Assembly: GCF_963921235.1 (NCBI RefSeq)
Contig: NC_086097.1
Span: 143,470,001-143,534,000, forward strand
Reading direction: 5' to 3'
Length of the DNA: 64,000 nucleotides
Origin: Mobula hypostoma
Taxonomy: Eukaryota
Below the pieces are notes generated by a model, which did not search any database, was not told the origin of the DNA, and was given only the letters and a program-made list of their open reading frames with translations. Below are positions 26,098 through 39,525 of this stretch, piece after piece. How positions within the stretch are numbered: position 1 is the first letter of the stretch; each line of letters opens with the position of its first letter. A program made the translations under genes and the position numbers.

Positions 26098-26408
26098 AGA
26101 TTAGCTTTATTTATCTCACGTATGTCTAAACATTGAAACATATAGTGAAATGCGCCGTTTGTGTCAATGACCAACGAAGTCCAGGATTGTGCTGTTTGTG
26201 GAAGTGTCACCACGCTTCTGGCACCAACATGCAACAGCATGCTCACAACTCACTAACCCTAACCACACATCTTGCAACGTGGGAGGAATCTGGAGCTTGC
26301 AGTGCGTTAATGTATGGGGAGAACGGCAGTGGTGGGAACTCAACCCCAGCCGGTGATTGCTAGCACTGTAAAATGATTGTGCTAACCATTACCCTATCAT
26401 GGCACACC
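26098..26408 (-). mobile_element. tRNA-derived SINE (degenerate)
   Basis: Minus strand begins with A-box-like ggtaatggttagca and B-box-like ggttgagttccc; ends aataaagctaatct. Confidence 0.65.
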
Positions 26409-26611
26409 AATTCATTGAAAAGTTGTGCTTTAATGAGAAGAAAGAGGTAGAAATGTCAGCATGTGGACCCAACATGGCCTAAGGCTAATGCTGGGTAAAG
26501 GGAATGGATTTTGCATGGGGAGTGGAGGAGGACAAAAGAAGAACTCACAGAGAATTGTAAGACTAAAAGAGAGTCCAGAGGTAGGGAGGAGTTGGACAAC
26601 TAATTAGTATT

Positions 26612-27872
26612 AAGTCAAGTCAAATCAAGTTTATTGTCATTTAATGATATACACGTATATAATGTATATAGATTAGATTATGAGGACACGCAGTCCTCTT
26701 TTATTGTCATTTAGTAATGCATGCATTAAGAAAGGATACAATGTTCCTCCCGTGTGATATCACAAAACACAAGACAAACCAAGACTGAAAAACTGACAAA
26801 AACCACATAATTATAACATATAGTTACAACAGTGCAAGCAATACCATAACTTGATGAAGAACAGGCCATGGGCATGGTAAAAAAAGTTCAAAGTCTCTCG
26901 AAAGTCCCATGATCTTATGCAGATGGTAGAAGGAAGAAAACTCTTCCTGCCATGAGCCTTCCAGTGCCGCAAACTTGCCGATGCAGCATCCTGGAAGCAC
27001 CCGACCACAGACCGACTCTGAGTCGTCCGAAAACTTCGAGCCGCCGACCAGCCCTCTGGCACCGAGCACTGAGCACCATCTCTGCCGAGCGCTTCCACTC
27101 CAGCCCCGGACGCCAGCTACAGGAAAAGCTGAGGATTTGGGGCCTACCCTCCGGAGATTCTCGATCGCACAGTAGCAGCGGTAGCGAACTGGGCATTTCA
27201 GAATTTTCTCCAGATGTTCTTCCGTGCTTCTCACGTCTGTCTCCATCAAATCAAGATTGTGCATGGCCCCCATTTAACAAATACGATATCATTTCACCAG
27301 GGAGCCGTGCGCGCTGCGTTGCGCCACCATCTTCTCCTCCCACCATATAATATATACAGAAACTAGACAATGTTTCTCTGACCCAGGGTGTAAGGCACAG
27401 GAGTGCACATAACACACATGACACAATAATTTATGAAGGTAAGGATAAAATCTGCAGATGAATCATGTATAAGTAACAAACTAAAGTGCATTAATATTAA
27501 ATACTATAAGGTACGGAACAGATTAACCAGTGACACTTCAAATATGATGTGGCTGGGAGTTCAGAAGCCCAATGGCCTGGGGGAAGGAACTGTCTCCCAT
27601 CCTGACGGTTCTTGTTTTTGTGCATTAGAGTCTCCTGCCTGATGGTAGAAAGTCAAAGAGGATGCTGGATGGATGGGTGGGATCTTTAATAACACTAAGG
27701 GCCCGGTATGTGCAGCTCTCCTGAAAAATGTTCCCGATGGATAGTAGTGAGAACACTGTGATTCTCTCAGTTGTTCTCACAGTCCTTTGTAGGGACTTCA
27801 ATACCAGATGGAGATGAAGCTTCAGCTTGTCGGGATGCTCTCAATGGAGCTCCTGTAAAATGTAGTTAAGAT
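26612..27872 (-). mobile_element. Rex1/Babar LINE 3' end, split by a non-autonomous retroposon
   Basis: (GACTT)n tail at 26612; colinear with the uninterrupted copy at 28167-28770. Confidence 0.8.
26671..27341 (-). mobile_element. ~670-bp CpG-rich non-autonomous retroposon, copy 1
   Basis: Starts GGGAGGAGAAGATGGTGGCG; ends ACAATAAAA-GAGGAC-TGCGT-GTCCTC-ATAATCTAATC; colinear with 31520-32199. Confidence 0.8.
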
Positions 27873-28166
27873 GTACACAACGACAAAAATTAAGGCCACT
27901 GGAGGGACAAGGAACCCATCTAAGTCATCAATCACATGAATGATGAGGTTACATGATAGTCAGCAGCAGGATATAGAGAAGACTTTGGATGGTTGGGGTG
28001 TAAGGAGAAGGGTAGATGTGTGATTGACCAGGCTGACATTGGATCAGTTCTCCATGTAATAAAGACTGGGAATGGATGAGGGTTTCAGTAGATGCATGGA
28101 TGTGCATTGTTACGTGAGTGAAAATGTGAGAATGCTCAGCCTTTCTAATGATGGGATGTGTTTGGA

Positions 28167-29385
28167 AGTCAAGTTAAGTCAAGTTCGTTGTCTCTTAACT
28201 AAATACAGTACATGTATATGATGTATATAACCATATAATCTATATAGAAACAAGACACCGTTTCTTTGAACTGGGTGTAAAGCACAGTTATACACATAGC
28301 ATACATAACACACTATAACTTATGTAGGTAAGGATAAGATCTACAGATCAATCACACATAAATAACAAACTAAAGTGCATTAATATTAAATATTGTTAAG
28401 TACAGAACAGATTAACCAGTGACACCTCGAATACAATGCAGAAGTGAGTTCAGAAGCCTAATGGCCTGAAGGAAGAAACTTTTTCTCATCCTGACGGTTC
28501 TTGTTTTTATGCATTGTAGTCTCCTGCCTGATGGAAGAAAGTTAAAGAGGATGCTGGCTGGATGGGTGGGATCCTTATGAACACTAAGGGCCCAGTGTAC
28601 GCAGCGGTCCTGATAAATATCCCCAGTGGATAGTAGGGAGACCCCTATGATCCTCTCAGCTGTTCTCAGTCTTTTGAAGGGACGTCTGGTCTAATGCTCG
28701 ACTGCTCCCATACCAGATGGAGATGCAACTTATCAGGACGCTCTCAATGGTGCTCCTGTAAAATGCGTTTAAGGTGTGGGGGAAGCTTTGCTTGCCTTAA
28801 TCTCCTTAGGAAGTGAAGGTGCTGCTGTGCCTTCTTGTTCAGGGAGGTGATGCCAAAGGACCAAGTGAAGTCATCCGTGATGTGAACTCCCAGGAATTTG
28901 GTGCAGTTTACTCTCTCTATAGAGGAGCCATGTATTCGCAGAGGGGTACGGTTTGTATGCACCTTCCTGAAATCCACAGTGATTTAGGCTTAGGTTGCTC
29001 CTCACACCAATCCACCAGCTGCTCCACTTCCTCTCTATACTCCATCTTGTCACCGTACTTGATAAGGCCAACCACTGTTGTGTCATCTGCAAACTTGCTG
29101 ACAGAGTTTGAGCTGGATCCTCCATCACAATCATGCCCCAGCCCTGAGGAGCACCAGTGCTCAGTGTAAAGGGATGAGAGATGTTGCTGCCCACAAGGGC
29201 TAACTGTGGCCTTACTGTTAAGATGTCGAGTATCCATTTGCAGAGGGAGGTGTTGAGACCCAGTGAGGACAGTTTCTCAGTTTCTGGGGTGATGGTGTTG
29301 AATGCCAAATGAACTGAAATCTATAAACAGCAGCCTGGCATATGAGACCCTATTTTCCAGGTGGGACAGGACAGAGTGGGGACAG
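28167..29385 (-). mobile_element. Rex1/Babar LINE RT and 3' end
   Basis: [57 protein letters not shown]. Confidence 0.9.
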
Positions 29386-31519
29386 AGGCTATTGCATTAT
29401 CAGTGGATCAATTTGAGCAACTTGCTGAGAGTTTTCAGCATTTACTGTTTCAATTTTAAATTTTCAACATCTACTGTCCTTCAATTTTCACTTGCAAATT
29501 GAACCTTGTGTCACTTATTTCTATTACTCAAAGGGACAATTTTCAAGAAGGATCTTAAAGGAGGAAAGACAGGAGAAAAGGTTGAAATATTTCCAGGGCT
29601 TGGAGTCAGCACGGACTCCAGAGGTAATAACCACTGCTGCCGGCAAGGAAGCAAAAAGGAATGAACTATACGAACTCTGCTTTCTCAATGGAGTTCTTAA
29701 AAGATCAGATTTCCAACTTTAGGTGAAATAAAATGCATAAAAAAAGTATAAATGCAACAGGAGAGACTACGAGTGAAAACAAAGCATGTTCCCAGATACA
29801 TCTTTCCTTCAAGTTGAAATTAATAACAAATTGCATTGTTTCTTAGTAGATTTGCAGGAATTGTAGAAGAAGGATGGAAAAGTATGTAACAGTCTGGTCA
29901 GAATGTGGAATTAATGGGTTAAAAGGTCTGGAATTTTTCTCTTTAAGTTGTGAGAGTTGTTCAGCTTTGCAGATCAGTGGTAGTGACTTCTGTCCCTATC
30001 CCCACTACTGACCCAGTATCCTGCTCTTGATGTTCCCTGATGCAGGGATTCAGTCTGAAACTCTGACAGCTCTTCCATCCACCACAGACGCTGAGTTCCT
30101 CTAGGGATTGTTTGTTGCATCCTCATCTTGTGCCTGGTCACTGATTGGCTCATTCTCCTCCTCTACCTTCAAGACCAATTTAAATCTCTCCCAAATAATG
30201 CATATACATATTGGGAGCAGGAGTAGTCCACCTAGTCGTTCTGCCATCTTAAGAAGACCACTACCATCCTGGTACCTAAGAAAAACAAAATAAGATGCCT
30301 GAAAGACTACTGCCCAGTGGCTCTGACATTCACCATGAAGTGTTTCAAGCGGCTAGTTAGGGCATACATTAACTCCAGTCTTCCAGGCAACCTTGAACAA
30401 TTGCAATTCACCTACGGCCAAAACAAGTTCCTAGGAGTGACCATCACTAATAGTCTGTCCTGATCCACACACATTGACACCACAACTAAGAAAGATCACC
30501 AGTGCCTTTATTTCTGCAGGAGACTAAAGAAATTTGGCATGTCCCTGTCGACCATGTCCCTTACCATTTTTTATAGATGCACCATAAAAAGCATCCTATC
30601 TGTATGTATAACAGCTTGGTGTGGCAACATTGGATGATCTCTTATTGTTAAACCATCCCTGTTATTTATTTTTGGATTCTACACAAAAGGAAACGTTCTC
30701 CCCACATCGATACTCAGGATATTACATGTTTCAATCACGTGCCATCTCGTTTTTCTAAATACCAGCAGATACAAGCCTAGTTTATACAACCTTTCCTCAC
30801 AAGGAAACCTACCGATTCCCAGCCACTCTCCATCCAGGTTTAATAGAAGTGGAGCAATACAGGGGCATTCAGCATAACAGAAGACACTGGAAGGGAGATA
30901 GTGACACCTAAGTTGCAGGAGGCAGGTAGCTGAGTGATTGTCAAGAGAGGGAAAAGGAACAGGCAGATAATGCAGAGGCTGTTTCTCTCAATGACAAGTG
31001 TACCATTATGTACTGCTGGGGTGGGGGTGGGGGTTGGCAGGACCTACCAGGGAAAAGCGGCAGAGAACAGGTCCCTGTCACTGAGTCTGACTCTGTGGCT
31101 CAGAAGGGAAGGGGAAGAAGAGGAGAGTGAGGCAATAGTGGATTCAATTGTATAATGCCTCTCAGGTACTACTGTTAGAGATGTTGCGGATGTCTACAAC
31201 GTTCTTAACGAAGAGGGTGAGCACGCAGAAGTTGTTATACAACACATTGGGAATAATGTCATAGGTAGGAAAAGGGATTTAAGATTGTTTAGCATTATGT
31301 CCAGTACACAAATGTAAGAAGAGTGAAATTCAATGCCGTGCAAAAAAGATAAAGAACACAATAATAACCCCCCCCAATAAATATAAATATGTAAGATGGC
31401 TTACATATATATAGATTGATTGTATGTCCATAAAGTGATGCGAGGCACAGGAGGGTCTGAACATAAGGTGAGTGACAGGAAATGGTAAAGTAGTGGTAAT
31501 TCGGGGTTGTGGAAGGGTT

Positions 31520-32199
31520 TTTTTAGATTATGAAGACACTCAGTCCTCGTTTATTGTCATTTAGAAATGCATGCGTTAAAAAATGATACAATGTTCCTCC
31601 AGAATGATATCACAAGAAACACAGGACAAATCAAGACTAAAACAGACAAAACCATATAATTATAACATATAGTTACAACAGTGCAAAGCAATACCGTAAT
31701 TTGATAAAGAGCAGACCATGGGCACAGTAAAAAAAAAGCTTCAAAGTCCCGATAGACTCATCATCTCATGCAGACGGTAGAAGGGAGAAACTCTCCCTGC
31801 CATGAACCTCCAAGCGCCGCAAATTTGCCGATGCAGCACCATTGGAAGCACCTGACCGCAGCGGACTCTGAGTCTGTCCGAAAACTTCGAGCCTCCGAAC
31901 AGCCCTCCGACACTGAGCACCGAGCACCATCTCTGCCGAGCGCTTCGACCCCGCCCCGGCCGCCAAGCAACAAGCAAAGCCGAGGACTTGGAGCCTTCTC
32001 CTCCGGAGATTCTGGATCACACAGTAGCAGCAGCAGCAAAGCAGGCATTTCAGAAGTTTCACCAGATGTTCTTCCGTGTTCTCACGTCTGTTTCCATCAA
32101 ATCAGGATTGTGCACGGCACCCTACTTGACAGATAACAGACATCACCACTGGAGTGGCCGCTGCGAGCTGCGTCGTGTTGCCATCTTCTCCTCCCCCCG
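31520..32199 (-). mobile_element. ~680-bp non-autonomous retroposon, copy 2
   Basis: Starts GGGGGGAGGAGAAGATGGCA; ends ACAATAAAC-GAGGAC-TGAGT-GTCTTC-ATAATCT; candidate TSD AGGGTT (31514-31519, 32200-32205). Confidence 0.8.
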
Positions 32200-32512
32200 A
32201 GGGTTGGTGGGTGGAAGTGTTGATCAGCTTTACTGCTTGGGGAAAGTGACTGTTTTTGAGCCTGGTGGCCCTGGTGTGGATGCTTCGTAGCCTCCTCCCT
32301 GATGGGAGTGGGACAAGCAGTCTGTGAGCAGAGTGGCTGGGATCCTTCATGATGTTACTGGGCATTTACCAGCATCTTTCTGGATATACTGCATGTCCTC
32401 GAAGGTGGGTAGGCTGAAGCCAGTGATGTGTTGGGCTGTTTTGATTACCCTTTGTAGAGTTTTCCAGTCCGCTGCAGTGTAGCTTCTGTACCCTGCAGAG
32501 ATGCAGCATGTT

Positions 32513-35500
32513 AGAACATAGAACGTAAAATAGTACAGCACAGTACAGGCCCTTCGGCTCACAGTGTTGTGTTGACCCTCAAACCCCGCCTCCCATATAA
32601 GCCCCCACCTTAGATTCCTCCATATACCTGTCTAGTAGTCTCTTAAACTTCACTAGTGTATCTGCCTCCACCACTGACGCAGGCAGTGCATTCCACACAC
32701 CAAATACTCTGAGTAAAAAACCTTCCTCTAATATCCCCCTTGAGCTTCCCACCCCTTACCTTAAAGCTATGTCCTCTTGTATTGAGCAGTGGTGCCCTGG
32801 GGAAGAGGCGCTGGCTATCCACTCAATCTATTCCTCTTATTATCTTGTACACCTCTATCATGTCTCCTCTCATCCTCCTTCTCTCCAAACAGTAAAGCCC
32901 TAGCTCCCTTAATCTCTGATCATAATGCATACTTTCTAAACCAGGCAGCATCCTGGTAAATCTCCTCTGTACCCTTTCCAATGCTTCCACATCCTTCCTA
33001 TAGTGAGGTGACCAGAACTGGACACAGTACTCCAAGTGTGGCCTAACCAGAGTTTTATAGAGCTGCATCATTACATCGTGACTCTTAAACTCTATCCCTC
33101 GACTTAGGAAAGCTAACACCCCATAAGCTTTCTTAACTACCCTGTCCACCTGTGAGGCAACTTTCAGGGATCTGTGGACATGTACCCCGAGATCCCTCTG
33201 CTCCTCCACACTACCAAGTATCCTGCCATTTACTTTGTACTCTGCCTTGGAGTTTGTCCTTCCAAAGTGTACCACCTCACACTTCTCCGGGTTGAACTCC
33301 ATCTGCCACTTCTCAGCCCACTTCTGCATCCTATCAATGTCTCCCTGCAATCTTTGACAATCCTCTACACTATCTACAACACCACCAACTTTTGTGTTGT
33401 CTGCAAACTTGCCAACCCACCCTTCTACCGCCACATCCAGGTCATTAATAAAAATCACGAAAAGTAGAGGTCCCAGAACAGATCCTTGTGGGACACCACT
33501 AGTCACAATCCTCCAATCTGAATGTACTCCCTCCACCACCACCCTCTGCCTTCTGCAGGCAAGCCAACTCTGAATCCACCTGGCCAAACTTCCCTGGATC
33601 CCATGCCTTCTAACTTTCTGAATAAGCCTACCGTGTGGAACCTTGTCAAATGCCTTACTAAAATCCATATAGATCACATCCACTGCACTACCCTCATCTA
33701 TATGCCTGGTCACCTCCTCAAAGAACTCTATCAGGCTTGTTAGACACGATCTGCCCTTCACAAAGCCATGTTAACTGTCCCTGATCAGACCGTGATTCTC
33801 TAAATGCCTATAGATCCTATCTCTAAGAATCTTTTCCAATAGCTTTCCCACCACAGACGTAAGGCTCACTGGTCTATAATTACCCGGACTATCCCTACTA
33901 CCTTTTTTGAACAAGGGAACAACATTCGCCTACCTCCAATCCTCCGGTACCATTCCCGTGGATAACGAGGACATAAAGATCCTAGCCAGAGGCTCAGCAA
34001 TCTCTTCTCTCGCCTCGTGGAGCAGCCTGGGGAATATTCTGTCAGGCCCGGGGGACTTATCTGTCCTAATGTATTTTAACAACTCCAACACCTCCTCTCC
34101 CTTAATATCAACATGCTCCAGAACATCAACCTCACTCATATTGTCCTCACCATCATCAAGTTCCCTCTCATTGATGAATACCGAAGAGAAGTATTCATTG
34201 AGGACCTTGCTCACTTCCACAGCCTCCAGGCACATCTTTCCACCTTTATCTCTAATCGGTCCTACCTTCACTCCTGTCATCCTTTTTTTCTTCACATAAT
34301 TGAAGAATGCCTTGGGGTTTTCCTTTACCCTACTCGCCAAGGCCTTCTCATGCCCCCTTCTTGCTCTTCTCAGCCCCTTCTTAAGCTCCTTTCTTGCTTC
34401 CCTATAGTCCTCAATAAACCCATCTTCCTTGCTTCCTAAACCTCATGTATGCTGCCTTCTTCCACCTGACTAGATTTTCCACCTCGCTTGTCACCCATGG
34501 TTCCTTCACCCTACCATTCTTTATCTTCCTCACCGGGACAAATTTATCCCTTACATCCCGCAAGAGATCTCTAAACATCGACCACATGTCCATAGTACAT
34601 TTCCCTGCAAAAACATCATTCCAATTCACACCCGCAATTTCTAGCCTTATAGCCTCATAATTTGCCTTTCTCCAATTAAAACATTTCCTGTCCTTTTTGA
34701 TTCTATCCCTTTCCATGATAATTATAAAGGCCAGGGAGCGGTGGTCACTGTCCCCCAGATGCTTACCCACTGAGAGATCTGTGACCTGACCCGGTTCATT
34801 ACCTAGTATTAGAACTAGTATGGCATTCCCCCTGGTCAGCCTGTCCACATACTGTGACAGGAATCCATCCTGGACACACTCAATAAACTCTGCCCCATCT
34901 AAACCCTTGGAACTAATCAGGTGCCACTCAATATTAGGGAAGTTAAAGGCACCCATGATAACAACCCTGTTATTTTTGCACCTTTCCAAAATCTGCCTCC
35001 CAATCTGCTCCTCAGTACCTCTGCTGCTACCAGCGGGCCTATAGAATACCCCCAGTAGAGTAACTGCTCCCTTCCTGTTCCTGACTTCCACCCATATTGA
35101 CTCAGAAGAGGATCCTGCTACATTACCCACCCTTTCTGTAGCTGTAATAGTATCCCTGACCAGTGTTACGTACCCCGTAACTGGGTTGCCAAACCAGCAG
35201 AAATGGATCACTCAGTTGGAGTCTGGATTACTAGAACTAATTAAGTTTTATTACAGAAACAAGCAACACAGTACTCTAATCAAAAGGATAATGAATGCAA
35301 CAGTTCAGCAATGATAAACATGCATGTACACAGAATTAAGATAACAGGATCAATCAAGCTCTATCGTTGTCTAGGGGTAAATGACCAGTTTCAAAGTGAC
35401 GCAAAGTTCAGTTCAATTTAGTTCAGTTCAGTTCACAGTAATCGCTGCCGTGGCGATGGACAGTGTGGGGGGAAGGGGAGAGAGAGCAAAACGAATGAAT

Positions 35501-36352
35501 ATTCAAGGCTTCCACACAGACCTATGCAGTCAGCTTTCGGGCGAGTCCTCTGTGATGTCATCTGAGGTCACCGACCGTGACCCCCTCCGTTGCCAGATAC
35601 GATCGTTTCTCTGTGGTGAACCTGGCACCCAGGCAAGGGTGGACACACACCAGGTTCCCGCCGATTGTGCCTTTCCACCCTGTGCGTCTATGGCCCGGTC
35701 CCGCAACCGGCCTTCCAAAACTTCCCACCGACTTGTGAGAGACGCACCGCTTCCAGGGTCTTGTTACCTCGGGTGTCATGTGTGTCTTGCCTTAGCGAAC
35801 CGGTCCCTTTTTATCCCCCTGCTGGGGTATCGCCTGTCCATCACTTCAAACAGTTCAGGGTTCAAAGGGGGAGCCGATCTTGACAGCTCTCCTTCCCTTC
35901 ATTAACATCTCCAAATGCTGCTCCATTGTTTTCCTTATCTCTCTCTCTCCTGAAGACAGGTGGCAGATCAACTGCTGATCCCACTGGTGCCAGCCTAAGA
36001 CAGCTAACATCTTTATCTATGTGTATTCTTGTCACACCAGTAATGCCACCCCTCCTCCCCTTTTTCCACCCTCTCTGTCCCTTTTAAAGCACTGAAATCC
36101 AGGAATATTGAGAATCCATTCCTGCCTTGCTGCCAGCCAAGTCTCTGTAATGGCCACTACATCATAATTCCATGTATGTATCCAAGCTCTCAGTTCATCA
36201 CCTTTGTTCCTGATGCTTCTTGCATTGAGGTACACACATTTCAGCCCTTCTACCTTACTGTCTTTACACTGTTTATTCTGCTTCTCTTTCCTCAAAGCCT
36301 CTCTGTATGTTAGATCTGGCTTTACTCCATGCACTTCTTTCACTGCTCTATC
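32513..36352 (-). mobile_element. Young CR1 LINE with most of ORF2 (EN and RT), disrupted by stops and a solo LTR
   Basis: ORFs 36032-36343, 34411-35211, 33930-34340 and 32823-33761 ([20 protein letters not shown]); TTCTATGT tail. Confidence 0.95.
35164..36036 (-). mobile_element. Solo LTR (873 bp), Gypsy or ERV1-like
   Basis: TGT...ACA termini; 4-bp TSD CCAG (35160-35163, 36037-36040); removing it restores the CR1 endonuclease frame (GGGVALLV|RDTITA); minus-strand AATAAA at 35247-35252 and TATA-like GATAAAAA at 35808-35815. Confidence 0.9.
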
Positions 36353-39171
36353 GCTCTCTGCTGCACACCCTGAGTATAGATATGCATAGTTCAGCTCCCT
36401 TCAGCCTCCTCAGAAAGTAAAGACATTTGGTGAGGTTTCCTGATTGTGTAGGATGTGTTCTGGGACCATCAGAGATTGTACGAGATGTGTACTCCCAGGA
36501 GTTTGAAACTGCTCACAGTTTTCACTCCAGTGAAAGGAGGGGGAGAGTGGTGCGAGTTCTGAAGTCGATAACCATCTCGTGTCTGTCTTGTTGACATTGA
36601 GGAAGAAGTTATTTGACTGGTGCCAGGCCTCAAGCTCTTCCTCCTCCTCTTTGTAGACGGCCTCATCGTTGCTGCTGATGTGCCCCACCACTGTTGTGCC
36701 ATCGGTGAACTTGACAATGTGATCACTTGGGTGTTTGGACATACAGTCATGTGTAAGCAGAGTGTTCAGCGATGGAGCGCACCCGTATTGAGGATGATGG
36801 GAAGGGCGGAACGGGTTGTGCATCTTAACTCTCCGAAGTCTTTCGGTTAGGAAGTCCAGCACCCAGTTACACAGTGGTGTATTCAGACCGAGGAGTAGGC
36901 ATTTGTTCACCAAGGTCTGAATGCCAAACTGAAATCCAGAAACAGTATTCTGACATAAGTGTCAGGAAGTGTCATAAGTAGCATGAAGTCCTGAAGAGAG
37001 AATATAGGAAACTGAAAAGCAGCATTTTGAGAGTAGTAATCTCTGCATTGCTGCCTGTCCACATGCTAATGAGTGTAAGAATAGGTTGAATGAATGGCTA
37101 AGGAATTGTGCAATGGGCAGTGTTCAGATTTCTGGATCATTGGAATGCCTTCTGGGAAAGCATTGACCTGAACAATGGGGACAGAATACATATGAACTTG
37201 CTGTCAGATTTGCTAGAGCTGTTGGGAAGAGTTTAATCTAGTTTGGAAGGGGGATGGGAGCCAGAGTGATGGGCTAGAAGATGAAGTAGTTGGTGTAAAT
37301 ATAGATGTTTCCTATAGATAGATTGTGAGGAAGGATAGGCAGTGGAAATAGCATGATTTCAGTCAGTTGGATGGGTTAAAATAGGTCTGTTTTTATGTGA
37401 GAAGCTTCTGGATCCAGGGTGATGAACTTATGGCATGAGTCAATACAAGGAACTATAACATTGTGGCCATTCCAGTGACATGGCTGTCACAAGGGCAGTA
37501 ATAGCTGCTGAACGGCCCAGTGTTTAGGTGTTTCACGAGGGAGAGGGAGCAAAGTACAAGACTTGGGGAGTGGCATTGCCAGTCAGGAAGAGCCACCCCA
37601 ATAGCAACAGAGACACTGAGAAGCAGATTAGGAGGCAGATTTTGGAAAGGTGAAAAAAATTACAGGGCTGTTGTTATGGTGACTTCAACTTCCCTAATAT
37701 TGGTTGGCACCTCCTTAGCGCAAAAGATCTCAATGGAATGGAATTTGTTAGGTGCATCCAGGACAGATTGCTGATACAATATGTAGACAAGCCAACTAGA
37801 GGAGAGATCATATTGGATCTAGTACTAAGCAATGAACCTTGTCAGGTGACAGAAGTCTTGGTGTGTGAGCATTTCAGAGACAGTGACCACAACTCCCTGC
37901 ATGGGATTCAGGATAGGTTTGTCCCACTGAGGCAGGGAAAGAATAGTTGAGTGAAGGAACCATGACTGACCAGAGATGTGAAGCATCTAGTCAAGAGGAA
38001 GAAAGAAGCATACTTAAGGCTTAGGAAGCAAGGATCAGAGATGGTTCTGGAGAGTAAGCCAGGAAGAACCTTAACAATAGACCTAAGAGAGCTAGAATAG
38101 GACATGAGAAGAACATATGTGAAGAAGAGGAGGACAACTAGAATGAAGGTAGGACCAATCAGGCATAGAAGAGGAAACTTGTACCTGGAATTGGAGGAGG
38201 TCGGGAAGGTCCTTAATGAATACTCTGCTTCAGTATTCTCCATTGAGAGGGTCATTGATGATCGTGAGGTCAGTGTAGAGCAGGCTGATATGCTGGAACA
38301 TGTCCATATTAAGAAAGGGCATGTGCTGGAATTTTGAAAAACATTAGGAGAGGTAAGTGCCTGGGGATGGATGAGGTATACCCCAGGTTACTGTGTGAAC
38401 TGAGGGAAGAGACTGCTGCACCTTTGACAATGATCTTTCTGTTATCACTTTTCAGAGTAACAATACCAGAGGGTTCAAATGTTATCCATTTCTTCAAGAT
38501 GGGCATTACAGATGAGTGAGTCTCGCATTAGTGGCGGGAAAACATTTTGAGAGAATTCTTAGAGATAGGATTTATGAGCATCTGGAGAAGCATAATCCGA
38601 TTAGGAATAGTCAGCATGTCTCTGTGAGGGACACGTTATGCCTCATGAGCCTAACTAAATTCCGTCAGTAAGTGACAAAAGAACATGGTGAAGATTGAGC
38701 TGTGGGTATGGTGTTTATGGACTTTGACAAGGTTCCCCATGGTAGGTTCATTCAGGAATTCAGGAGGTACGAGATCAAGGGTAAACTGCCTGCGTGGATT
38801 CTGAATTGGCTTGTCCAGAAGGCAGAGTTTGGTAGATATTGGAGAGTATTCTGCCTGAAGGTTGTTAACCAGTGGTGTTCCTCAGAGATCTGTTCTGGGT
38901 CACCTGCTCTTTGTGATTTTCATAAATGACCTGGATAAGGAAGTGGAAGGGCTGGTTAGTAAGTGTGCACATGACACAAAGGTTGGTGATGTTGTGGATA
39001 TTGCTGTCGGCTACAATGGGACATTGATATGAGATACAGAGCTTGGCTGAGAGTGGAAGATGGAGTTCAATCTGGAAAAAAAAGTGCAGTGATACAATTT
39101 GGAAGGTCAAAATTGAAAGCAGATTATTGGGTTAATGGCAGGATTCCAAGTGGAGGAACAAAAGGATCCTG

Positions 39172-39525
39172 GCAGGTTGGAGGCGAGGAAGAGTCGAGGC
39201 AGCGGGTCCTGGGCCTGGGTCCGAGAGCGAATCGAAGCAGCAGGGCCCAGGTCTGAGAGTGACGAATGGTCCGAGGCTTGGCTGATTTAAGTGCTTTGCC
39301 AGATTGTATAGGTCAGGGTGTCAGAGACAAGGGACAGGTCGGTTTAGCTCACTGCTCGGTGAGGTCTACTCGTCTCTGTGCTGAACTGAGGCTGTGGCCT
39401 TCAACCAGAATCGCCTGCTGTGACGACTGGCTTCATGGCTGTGGACTCACTTTCATGAACTTCAGTTCTGAATGTTAATTTGTTACTTTTATTGTTTGCA
39501 TGATTTGTTTATTTTTCTGCAACTT
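39172..39525 (+). mobile_element. Unclassified GC-rich insertion within CR1, possibly another non-autonomous retroposon fragment
   Basis: Interrupts CR1 RT; CpG-rich 5' part then a T-rich 3'-UTR-like part; no TSD resolved. Confidence 0.45.

Larger units (their letters stand above)
31279..36965 (-). mobile_element. Rex1/Babar LINE split by three nested insertions
   Basis: RT part at 36355-36965 (LCNWVLDFLT, VKFTDGTTVVG, FKLLGVHIS) continues at 32510-32200 (LQRVIKTAQHITG, PSGRRLRSI) and 3' UTR at 31519-31279. Confidence 0.82.

Noticed and set aside
26340..26408. tRNA gene
   Set aside because: Degenerate tRNA-like head of a SINE; no credible cloverleaf.
26811..27350. Several overlapping ORFs in the GC-rich element
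   Set aside because: Frames are not conserved between the two copies; they reflect stop-poor GC-rich sequence.
32823..33761. 312-aa reverse transcriptase ORF as an intact or domesticated gene
   Set aside because: Internal fragment of CR1 ORF2 bounded by nonsense codons, within a copy disrupted by an LTR.
35381..35905. 174-aa ORF in the solo LTR
   Set aside because: No recognisable domain, includes an AGTTC microsatellite translation, and lies inside an LTR.
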